Origin: Chiloscyllium plagiosum
Taxonomy: Eukaryota
Reading direction: 5' to 3'
Length of the DNA stretch: 30,697 nucleotides
Assembly (NCBI RefSeq): GCF_004010195.1
Contig: NC_057720.1
Coordinates: 14,261,947-14,292,643, forward strand
The translations under genes and the position numbers were made by a program. Below the pieces are notes generated by a model. The model did not search any database. It saw nothing but the letters and a program-made list of their open reading frames with translations, and was not told the origin of the DNA. This document shows positions 21,733 through 30,697 of this stretch, in pieces; position 1 is the stretch's first letter; the number at the start of each line of letters is the position of its first letter.

Positions 21733-22915
21733 ATAGACAATAGACAATAGGTGCAGGAGTAGGCCATTTTGCTCTTCAAGCCTGCACCACCATTCAATAT
21801 AATCATAGCTGATCATCCTTAATTAGTATCCTGTTCATGCCTTATCTCCATAACCCTTGATTCCACAATCCTTGACAGCTCTATCCAACTCTTTCTTAAA
21901 TGAATCTAGAGACTGGGCCCCCACTGCCCTCTGGGGCAGAGCATTCCACACAGCCACCACTCTCTGGGTGAAGAAGTTTCTCCTCATCTCTGTCATAAAT
22001 GGTCTAACCTGTATTTTTAAGCTGTGTCCTCTGGTTCGGCACTCGCCCATCAGCGGAAACATGTTTCCTGCTGCCAGAGTGTCCAATCCTTTAATAATCT
22101 TATATGTCTCAATCAGATCCCCTCTCAGTCTTCTAAACTCAAGGATATACAAGCCCAGTTGCTCCAGCCTTTCAGTGTAAGGTGGTCCCACCATTCCAGG
22201 AATTGACCTCGTGAACCTAAGCTGCACTCTCTCAATAGCCAGAATGTCTTTCCTCAAATTTGGAGACCAGAACTGCACATAATACTCCATGTGTGGTCTC
22301 ACCAGGGCCCTGTACAGCTGCAGAAGAACCTCTTTGCTTCTATACTCAATCCCTCTTGTTATGAAGGCCAGCATGCTATTAGCCTTCTTCACTACCTGCT
22401 GTACCTGCATGCTAACCTCCATTGACTGGTGTACAAGAACACCCAGATCTCTCTGTACTGCCCCTTTACCTACATTGATTCCATTTAGGTCGTAATCTGC
22501 CTTCCTGTTCTTGCCACCAAAGTGGATAACCATACATTTATCCACATTATACTGCATTTGCCATGCATCCTACCACTCACCTAACTTGTCCAGATCACCC
22601 TGTAATCTCCTAACATCCTCCTCGCATTACACCCTGCCACCCAGCTTAGTATCATCAGCAAATTTGCTAATGTTATTACTAATACCATCTTCTATATCAT
22701 TAATATATATCTGCTTGCCATTCCGAAAAGGAGCCGTTTATCACTACTCTTTGTTTCCTATCAGCCAACCAACTTTCAATCCAAGTTAGTACTTTGCTCC
22801 CAATACCATGCGCCCTAATTTTGCTCACTAACCTCCTATGTGGGACTTTATCAAAAGCTTTCTGAAAGTCCAGGTACACTACATGTACTGGATCTCCCTC
22901 GTCCATCTTCAGAGT
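21733..22915 (-). mobile_element. Young 5'-truncated CR1 (HER1-like) LINE, RT domain to 3' end
   Basis: ORF 22700-22963 (VYLDFQKAFDKVPHRRL), KFADDTKLGG at ~22635-22665, ORF 21835-22557; tail (ATTGTCT)n. Confidence 0.96.
21835..22915 (-). pseudogene. CR1 ORF2 reverse transcriptase remnant
   Basis: RT motifs LDFQKAFD and FADD present; GVPQGS motif absent, with a frameshift at ~22708. Confidence 0.9.
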
Positions 22916-23242
22916 TACCAGGATTACCAGAAGACAGTATACCTTTAAGATGCTTGGAAACAATTGGCTCTCAGATGTGCACTGTTGAAGTAGAACTGGT
23001 AAAGTTTACGGCATCTCTCAAAAAAAATCAGTACTCCAGAAAACAGTGCTGTAAAACATTCAGCCACAGGGAGCCTTGTATTTCATCCAGCCGGATTGCT
23101 GAACTAAACCATTCTCTCTATAACAAGGAAATATAGCTATTCACTGAGTTATATATAACATGGTCAGTATTGAACATGACTTTACCTTGTGTTGGGTAAT
23201 CTCGAAAACACAGGAGTAGTGTCAGGAGTAGAAGTCAATTAT

Positions 23243-23485
23243 TTAGGATTGAGATGTGAAAAATTTCTTCTTGTGAACCTTTGGAATTTGGAGAGGGATG
23301 TGGATGCTCCGATACTGGATACAATGACGGCTGGAGTAGACAGTCTTTTGGTGTCTTGGGGAATCAAAGGTAATGGGGAGTCTATAGGAAAGTGGAAATG
23401 AGACAGAGATCATCCATGATTGTATGGAATGGAGTCAAGCACTCAAGGAGCCAAATAGTATACTCATTCTATTTCTTATACTCTT
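23243..23485 (+). mobile_element. Old CR1 3' end
   Basis: VNLWN...VDAP...VDSLLVSWGIKGNGE, compare VAVWNAL...LDRAVKDCGIKGYGD. Confidence 0.7.
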
Positions 23486-23599
23486 AAGTCATCACCTGGA
23501 GGACACTGGATACCATATCCAAAGGAACGTTTGGGTCTATGTGGATGACTCAACTAAAATGGCTCACGTGTTCCAAGACAAGGCAGTGGAGAGTAAAGC

Positions 23600-23778
23600 A
23601 TAAGCAGAAATTGCTGGCGAAACCCAGCAGATCTGGCAGCGTCGGTGAAGAGAAAGCAGAGGTAGCATACTCTGAAGAAGCATCATTTGACTTGAAACGT
23701 TAACTCTGCTTTCTCTCCACAGATGCTGCCAGAGTTTCTCCAGCAGTTTCTGTTGTTGTTTAGGCCTTCAGCATCTTT
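23600..23778. mobile_element. Degenerate palindromic PLE terminal-repeat element (family C)
   Basis: Inverted arms CTGGCAGCGTCGGTGAAGAGAAAGCAGAG / CTCTGCTTTCTCTCCACAGATGCTGCCAG around CTGAAGA...GAAACGTTAAC (23672-23704). Confidence 0.78.
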
Positions 23779-24256
23779 GGTTTAATTAGAATTTTTTTTA
23801 AAAAACTGTTCAGTTCAATGGTGTGATATTGAGTAAAGAGCTTTTTCAAGTGACCAAATTTTGATGATCTTTCATTAATTTTATTCAGATCCAATTTCAA
23901 AGTATCAGACAGTACTAAAGATCAAGGAGCTGCTATATCTGCAATTTCTCATACCATAATACAATTTCAATAAAAACTTGTTAGCCAATTTTATGTCTGG
24001 TTGTTTTCATTTATGAAGATATTTGTGAAGAATTATATTTCAGTTTCATTGCAACATGAAAAACATCAGGTCTGATGTTCCTTTTTTCAGGGATACGGAC
24101 ACCACATCTATATGCTAATTCCCACTGTTCCAGTCATGTGACCTGCATGGTGTTTGGGGTTCACAAACATTTTAAATGAAAAATACACTTCCGTCCCATA
24201 AATGTCTCATAGAAGATGAAGATTTCAATATTATCTTTGGTTAATTATTATTGACA

Positions 24257-24638
24257 AAAAACTGCAGATGCTGGAATCCAAAGTAGACAGGTAGGATGCT
24301 GGAAGAACACAGCAAGCCGGGCAGCATCAGAAGGTGGAGAAGTCGACCTTTTAGGTGTAACCTTTCTTCAGGACTGGGGGTGGATGTAGGGGGAGCTGCA
24401 GATAAAGAGGGTGGTGGGGGCAAGATCCAATTTCAAATAACCTCCCTTCCCATCCCCTGACTCCACAGCCAGTCCCTCCCCATCCCTTCCACTGTCCCTG
24501 CCCCCAACCAGATTCATTCGCCCCCCCCGACCAACCAGGTCATACCCTCTACCTGTGTTCAACTATCCCCACTTCACCACCCTGTCCCTGCCACCATCTT
24601 TATCTGCAGCTCCCGCACACCCACCCCCAATCCTAAAG
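24257..24638. mobile_element. PLE insertion (family B): inverted terminal repeat plus forward 3' UTR, 14-bp TSD
   Basis: TSD AATTATTATTGACA at 24243-24256 and 24639-24652; inverted segments GGGAGCTGCAGATAAAGA / TCTTTATCTGCAGCTCCC; decayed hammerhead on minus strand at 24341-24375. Confidence 0.88.
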
Positions 24639-24654
24639 AATTATTATTGACAGC

Positions 24655-24760
24655 AGTTTATGTAGAGTGCCTTCAACATGATACAGGATCCTGAGGTGCA
24701 TCAAAGGGGTATTGACAAACAACAGTTGAGCTTGAGCCATGTAAGGTAATATTAGAAGAA
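24655..24760 (-). mobile_element. Probable L2-type 3' tail
   Basis: Reverse complement resembles 14185-14262. Confidence 0.45.
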
Positions 24761-25077
24761 GGTATGGAAGGCTTGTTTTATTTTCCAAAGTGAAGTGAGA
24801 ATCACTGACAAAGTGAGCTTTTATTGTGTCATATCTCACTGGGATAGTATTCCACGAATCAATCCCTGCTGTTCCAAGAGTTTTTCAAAGATGTTAATTA
24901 TCAAATTTCACAAGTTTCCCCAATTTACCTGCCTTTTAGACATAGGTTGACAGAAAGTACGGACCGAGTCTCTGTACCCAACAAGAATTGCTATTTAGTA
25001 CAAACAAACAATTCTGCTTATAGAGTCACTAAGTCATACAGTATACAAACAAGCCCTTCGGTTCACCATTTCTATGT

Positions 25078-25214
25078 CGAAAAGTGTGTTGCTGGAAAAG
25101 CAGAGCAGGTCAGGCAGCATCCAAGGAGCAGGAGAATCAATGTTTCAGGAATCCTGATGAAGTGCTACACTCTTCAACTCTATTCTCCAGCATTTGGAGT
25201 CCTCACTTTCTCCT
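25078..25214. mobile_element. Internally deleted palindromic PLE repeat (family A)
   Basis: Left arm matches 25351-25418; junction TCAGGA-A-TCCTGATGAAG; right end GTCCTCACTTTCTCC; sits within a CR1 tail fragment (25020-25077). Confidence 0.8.
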
Positions 25215-25348
25215 GGCTCACCTCTGCCAAACACCAAACTACAGATTCAGCAAACAAATCCATTTATCTACACTTGTTCTATTGATGGGTAAACAATTAT
25301 GAACCATTCAAATATAACAACTAGTTAAAACTGTAACTCTATTATAAA

Positions 25349-25569
25349 CTGAAAAGTGTGTTGCTGGAAAAGCGCAGCAGGTCAGGCAGCATCCAAGGAG
25401 CAGGAGAATCAACGTTTTGGGCATAAGCCCTTCTTCAGGATTCCTGAAGAAGGGCTCATGCCCAAAACGTCGATTCTCCTGCTCCTTGGATGCTGCCTGA
25501 CCTGCTGCGCTTTTCCAGCAACACATTTTCAGCTCTGATCTCCAGCATCTGCAGACCTCGCTTTCTCCT
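25349..25569. mobile_element. Palindromic PLE terminal-repeat insertion (family A)
   Basis: Arms 25349-25440 and 25442-25532 with 2 mismatches and 1 indel; centre TCAGGA-T-TCCTGA. Confidence 0.92.
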
Positions 25570-25904
25570 TTAACAACCTGGGAACCAGTCACATTGTTGT
25601 GGGCAGCATAAAGCTTTTATCGCCAACAACTTGTCATCACTCCACAATCCAGCTACCTGTTGCTGGCTGAACCTCACTTTGTACATGCCCCTTGATGCCT
25701 GATCATCTACAGCTCATCTTTCCTCACTGGTTGGACAAACAGCAGCGTAAATGATACTAATGGTAAGTATTTGCAGCTTGCTGTTCAAACTTTCAGCAAT
25801 CCCTTCCACAGTTCTTGGTATTTAAACCCATCCTTTCCCATTTCAGTCCACAATGAAAAGGATGGAGAAATGAAAAGATATCGTCTGTATAATGGACTAC
25901 CCCT

Positions 25905-26727
25905 AATGCGCTGGAGAAGGTGGCGGTGAGCTGCCATTGCAGTCCTGGTGCAGTAAGTACAAACTACAACGGTGTAAGGAACGGAGTTCCTGGTTTTTGA
26001 CCAAATAACACAGATGGAAAAATGATACATTTTCGAGACATAATTGTGTGCGACGTGAAGAGGAATTTGATGGTATTCCAATGTAACTATCCTTGATCTT
26101 CTAGCTAGTAGAGGTTGGAGTTTGGGAATGTGCTGTTGGAGGAGTCTTGCAAAGTTACGACAGTGCATCTTATGGGATGGTATATCCAGCTACAATTATG
26201 TATTGGTGTTGCTTGGGGTTAAAGGTGATGGATAGGGTGCCAATCAAAGAGATTAATCTGTTCTGGACTATGTTGAACTTCTAGAGTACTGTGAGAGCTT
26301 AACTATTCTCGGCAAGTGGAGACCACTCCATCATATTCCAAGTCAGAAGGGTTTTTTTTTTAACTCAACATAGAATTCCCAGCTTCTAAACTAGTTTGTA
26401 AATAGCTGGTCTGAATAATTCTATGGCTGGTGGTACCCTGACCATGTTGATGGACAGAGATTGCCATTAATTATCAAGAGGAAATGTTTAGATTTTCTCT
26501 TGTTAGAGGTGGTCATTTGGCTGTTATTTGTACGGTGTGTGTTTTCAGCCTGAGTCTCAACATTGTCCAGATCATGCTGCATAGAGGCACAGACTGCTTC
26601 AGTGGCTGAAGAATTGTGAACAGTACTGAACATTGTCAAGCATCCTCATTTCTGATATTACGATGGAGTGAAGGTCATTGATGAAACAACTGCAGATGCA
26701 TGAATAGAACATTAGCCTGAGGACTCT
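25905..26727 (-). mobile_element. Old CR1/L2-group LINE, RT C-terminus to 3' end (family distinct from HER1-like copies)
   Basis: CFINDLHSIV...TMFSTVHNSSATEAVCASMQHDLDNVETQA (post-FADD RT region); cut off by the RTE at ~26728. Confidence 0.7.
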
Positions 26728-28229
26728 CCATGTTTTGTCACGTTGTTGTGGTGGAGGAGCTTGTGTGGCCCTGAGATCTTGTGAGCGATCTCATCTGGAG
26801 CTATGCTCCTGGTAGGATCACCCATGGCAGTAAGGTCAAGGGTGAGGTCCCTGACAAAGAACCATCCAACCAAGACCTAGGTGGAACAGGCAGGCAAAAT
26901 TACTTCGAACTGAACGGCTGTGAAGGCTGATGAAGCATGAAATGAATCCATCATCTCCGATCATCGTGGTCTCCACGCTAAGGGAATCAATTGGTTGACT
27001 TGTGAAGTATCATGTGCTTCTTGGAGTGCAGCAACAAGTACACATTAAACAAACACATGTATAGACATCTTCGCTCTGTGGGCTACTTCTCAAGTCTTTC
27101 GGCATTCGGGGAGGGCAACGGGAGCAGGCAATGTGATGGCTGGAAGATCCTAGTCAAGAACTGGTATGAAAGTGGTAAATACTTGATTCAGGCGCTCAAC
27201 CTTTGGACAGAAGCAGGAATGCAGCATTCACATCTGAGCAGCCCTATTTAGGATCCAGTCTGCTCACCCTGAACTGGGAGGGGGCGAGAAAAGTTGCCCT
27301 TAAAATAGTCTGCTTCACCCCATCCTGTCTGGAAAGCCGCGTCCAGAAGGATCACCATTATGTGGTCGAAAACATTGAGAAGTGAAAATATAAAATTTGG
27401 AACCTGGAATATATGAACTCTGATGGCTAACCCAAACTCAGACCAGCCGGAGGGAAGAACTGCCTTTGTTGCCTGGGAACTCCAAAAATTCAATTTTGAC
27501 CTCATTGCTCTGAGTGAGACCCACAGAGCAGGAGAAGGAAAACTAAAGGAAGAGCAAGGTCAATGCACCTTTTTCTGGAAATGTCTTGATCCTCAACAAC
27601 TGAGGATTCATGGAGTAGGTTTTGCCGTCCGAAATAGCCTACTTCAGAAGCTGACAGAGCAACCACTGGGAACCAATGAATGTTTCATGACCCTGCAAAT
27701 CCAGCTCATCACGAACCAGCACACCACCATTATCAGTGCCTATGCTCCAACTCTGAACGCTGAAGGTGAAGTAAAGGAGAACTTCCACGCCCAACTTGAC
27801 AACATCCTTTCCTCTGTTCCCAACAATGACAAGATCATTCTCTTGGGACACTTCCATGTCAGAATCGAGAAAGATCATAGGCTCTGGACCGGAATAATAG
27901 GCAAGGAAGGAGTTGGCAAGGTCAAAGCCCATGGAACGCTCCTCCTCACCAAATGTGCTGAACACAATCTGGTGATTACAAACACCCTATTTCACCAGAA
28001 AAACAGGCATAAAGTCTCCTGGCAGCATCCACGCTCCAAACACTGGCACCTTATTGACTACATCATCGTACGATCTCAGGACCAACAAGGCGTTCTGATA
28101 ATAAGAGCTGTTACAGATTCCAATGTGTGCTGGGCAGAACATTGACTCATTGCATCCACCATGAGAATGAAGATTCAGCCCAAAAGGAAACAACAACATC
28201 AGAACGCAATCAAGAAATTCATTGTTGAC

Positions 28230-28389
28230 ATCCTCCAAGACATCAGCCAGAAGTTCCAACAAAATCTTCACAAACAACTGCCTCTTGTGTCAGACTACTC
28301 TCCTACGAACCTGACCTTGAGAATTTTTTAAAACAATCCTCCAAGACATCAGCCAGAAGTTCCAACAAAATCTTCACAAACAACTGCCT
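28230..28389 (+). repeat. Exact 54-bp direct duplication inside the RTE
   Basis: 28230-28283 equals 28336-28389, with a 52-bp spacer. Confidence 0.95.
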
Positions 28390-28525
28390 TAACAAATCCC
28401 ACATTGAAGAATACTGGAATCAATTGAAGAATGCTAACATCACCTCCTGCAAAGAAACAATTGGGTTCAAGACGAAAAAAACATCAATATTGGTTTGATG
28501 ATAACGACAAACTACTCCAACAACT

Positions 28526-28997
28526 TAGAGTCATAGAGATGTAAAGTACAGAAACAGACCCTTCGGTCCAACCCGTCCATGCCGACCAGATACCCCAACC
28601 CAATCTAGTCCCACCTGCCAGCACCCAGCCCATATCCCTCCAAACCCTTCCTATTCATATACCCATCCAAATGCCTCTTAAATGTTGCAATTGTATCAGC
28701 CTCCACCACATCCCCTGGCAGCTCATTCCATACACGTACCACCCTCTGTGTGAAAACGTTGCCCCTTAGGTCTCTTTTATATCTTTCCCCTCTCACCCTA
28801 AACCTATGCCCTCTAGTTTTGGACTCCCCGACCCCAGGGAAAAAACTTTGTCTATTTATCCTATCCATGCCCCTCATAATTTTGTAAACCTCTACAAGGT
28901 CACCCCTCAGCCACCGACGCTCCAGGGAAAACAGCCCCAGCCTGTTCAGCCTCTCCCTATAGCTCAAATCCTCCAACCCTTGCAACATCCTTGTAAA
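28526..28997 (-). mobile_element. Young CR1 (HER1-like) 3' end inserted in the RTE
   Basis: ORF 28605-29048 FTRMLQGLEDLSYRERLNRLGLFSLE...WNELP; tail CTCTATGACTCTA; no clear TSD. Confidence 0.95.
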
Positions 28998-29484
28998 AAA
29001 GAGAAAAGCTTTCATCACCTTACAAAATGACCAACAATCGGCTACCAAAAGGAAGCGCTATCAGGATTGCAAGGCTGCAGTGCAGAAGAGTGCCCGAAAC
29101 CTGAAAAACCAACGGTGGAGGAAGAAAGCTCAGGAAATCCAACAACTAGCGGACACCAACGACACTTGAGACTTTTTCAATGCAACTAAAGCTATCTTTG
29201 GCCCATCCACTCACAGTCAAGCCCCTCTCAAAAGCAAAGTTGGGTCAACCATCCTGAAGAGCAATGCTGGCATCAATTCGAGATGGAGAGAGCACTTTGA
29301 AGATCTTCTAAATCAAACCGGCCCATTTGACAGAAATGTGATCAACAACATTCCAACACAGTCCGTTGATGACTCCCTAAGCAAAATACCAACACTTGAA
29401 GAAAATCAACAAAGCCACTGGACTCGATGGAATACTAGCCAAGGTCTACAAAATTGGAGGTAACCTGCTTCATTACCAACTGCG

Positions 29485-29609
29485 AGAAAGTGAGGACTGC
29501 AGATGCTGGAGATCAGAGTCAAGACTGTAGTACTGGAAAAGCATAGCCGGTCAGACAGCATCCAAGGAGCAGGAGAATCGACGTTTCTGGCATAAGCCCT
29601 TCATCAGGA
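29485..29609 (-). mobile_element. Solo PLE terminal repeat (family A) with 16-bp TSD inside the RTE
   Basis: TSD TTCATTACCAACTGCG at 29469-29484 and 29610-29625; removing the insert restores the RTE frame GGNLLHYQLRQLLIKIW. Confidence 0.93.
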
Positions 29610-29612
29610 TTC
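29575..29612 (-). ncRNA. Minimal hammerhead motif, stem II closing pair mutated
   Basis: Minus strand GAATC-CTGATGA-A-GGGC/TTAT/GCCA-GAAA-CG-TC^GATTC; 5-bp stem I. Confidence 0.7.
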
Positions 29613-30462
29613 ATTACCAACTGCGTCAACTTCTCATCAAGATCTGGATAAATGAAGACGTACCAGCAGAATTTATAGACTCAGCAATCGTTACCATCTG
29701 CAAAAGGAAAGGCAATCGATCTGAATGCGGAAACTATCGTAGAATTTCCTTGTTAGCAACAGCAGGAAAGATCCTCATCTGCGTCATGAACAACCAGCTC
29801 AAGCCTTTCACCGAGAAGATCCTTCCAGAGACACAAGCCGGTTTTAGATCATCACATCGATCAATCATCATGATCTTCACTATGCGAAAACTACAAGGAA
29901 AATGATGTGAACTACTTCAACCTCTGTACATGGCATTCATCGACCTTACCAAAGTCTTTGACTCAGTATCAAGGGAATTTGTATGGGATGTCCTATCGCC
30001 CTATGAATGTCCTGAAATGTACATTTGAAACCTGAGACTCCTCCATGATGGCATGCTTGCCACAGTTATGGTCAGCTGCAGTAATTGTGAGCCTTTTCAT
30101 GTCAGGTCAGAAGGAAAACAGGGACGTGTGATTGCCCCAACTTGGTTCACCAGCTTTACTGTGACAATCATTCACATCATCAAGGAAGACCTACCCCCAG
30201 GAATCAAAATTGTCGACAGAACAGAAGGCAGACTCTTCAGTCTCGCCTGTCTTACGCCCAAAAACAAGACAGCTATGTGTTGCCTCATTGAGTTCTAATA
30301 CGCAGATGACAACCGTGTTGCAACACTCTCAGAAAACTACCTACAACAGATTCTGACTGCCTTCAGCCGTGCATACACAAAACTTGGACTTACCTCAATT
30401 CTAAGAAAACTCAAACCATCTATCAACCATCACCAACTGAGACAAATTGGATAGCACCAATT

Positions 30463-30697
30463 GGGAAAACGGAGGACTGGGAAGCTTTTAAAGAACAACA
30501 GAGGATTACTAAGAAGGAAATACGCAGAGAAAAAATGAGGTACGAAGGTAAACTGGCCAAAAATATAAAGGGGGATAGTAAAAGCTTTTTTAGGTATGTT
30601 GCAAGGCAAAAAAATGGTTAGGACTAAAATTGGGCCCTTGAAGACAGAAACAGGGGAATATATTACGGGAAACAAAGAAATGGCAGAAGAATTAAAT
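30463..30697 (+). mobile_element. CR1 ORF2 fragment (EN-RT linker), continues beyond the window
   Basis: GKTEDWEAFKEQQRITKKEIRREKMRYEGKLAKNIKGDSKSFFRYV...IGPLKTETGE...KEMAEELN. Confidence 0.9.

Larger units (their letters stand above)
26728..30433 (+). mobile_element. RTE-clade LINE, 5'-complete but inactivated, with nested insertions
   Basis: RTE-type 5' UTR; single APE+RT ORF; motifs GTWN, ALSET, SAYAPT, HLIDY, CGNYRRISLL, QAGFR, FIDLTKVFD, KQG, YADD (30299-30310). Confidence 0.95.
27360..30433 (+). pseudogene. RTE APE endonuclease/reverse transcriptase ORF, disrupted
   Basis: ATG 27360 (MWSKTLRSENIKFGTWNI*TL) is in frame with ORF 27423-28145; multiple stops, frameshifts and insertions. 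Confidence 0.9.

Noticed and set aside
24070..24155. Splice-acceptor-like TTCCTTTTTTCAG (also ~7825 and ~23880)
   Set aside because: No convincing donor with a recognisable open frame.
26925..26950. CTGATGA...GAAA in the RTE 5' UTR as a hammerhead
   Set aside because: No stem II or stem I pairing and no properly placed UH.
28230..28389. CRISPR-like repeat-spacer-repeat
   Set aside because: Only two 54-bp copies of RTE coding sequence in a eukaryotic context.

Overview
Non-coding, transposon-dense eukaryotic DNA, very likely from a shark or ray (inferred from HE1-type V-SINEs, HER1/CR1 LINEs and a Deu-domain SINE). No intact host gene or full-length ORF is evident; the recognisable ORFs are retroelement remnants and the rest look like chance frames. 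The window holds many CR1 fragments, a 5'-complete but decayed RTE LINE with three nested insertions, Rex1 and L2 3' ends, and several SINE families. It also holds about 17 pieces of Penelope-like element (PLE) terminal repeats from about six sequence families. The main signal is that most of these PLE pieces carry minimal type I hammerhead ribozyme motifs (stem I - CUGANGA - stem II - GAAA - palindromic stem III - UH). One is an intact 78-bp ribozyme-only insertion with a 12-bp TSD (17264-17341); another is a perfect 80-bp palindrome with a 14-bp TSD (9531-9743). In many independent insertions the end or fold-back point lies just 5' of the ribozyme core, not at the cleavage site. A few repeat-free, homeodomain-motif-rich islands look like conserved enhancers, but this cannot be confirmed from sequence alone. 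Family names come from recalled motifs, not database searches, and boundaries of old repeats are approximate.
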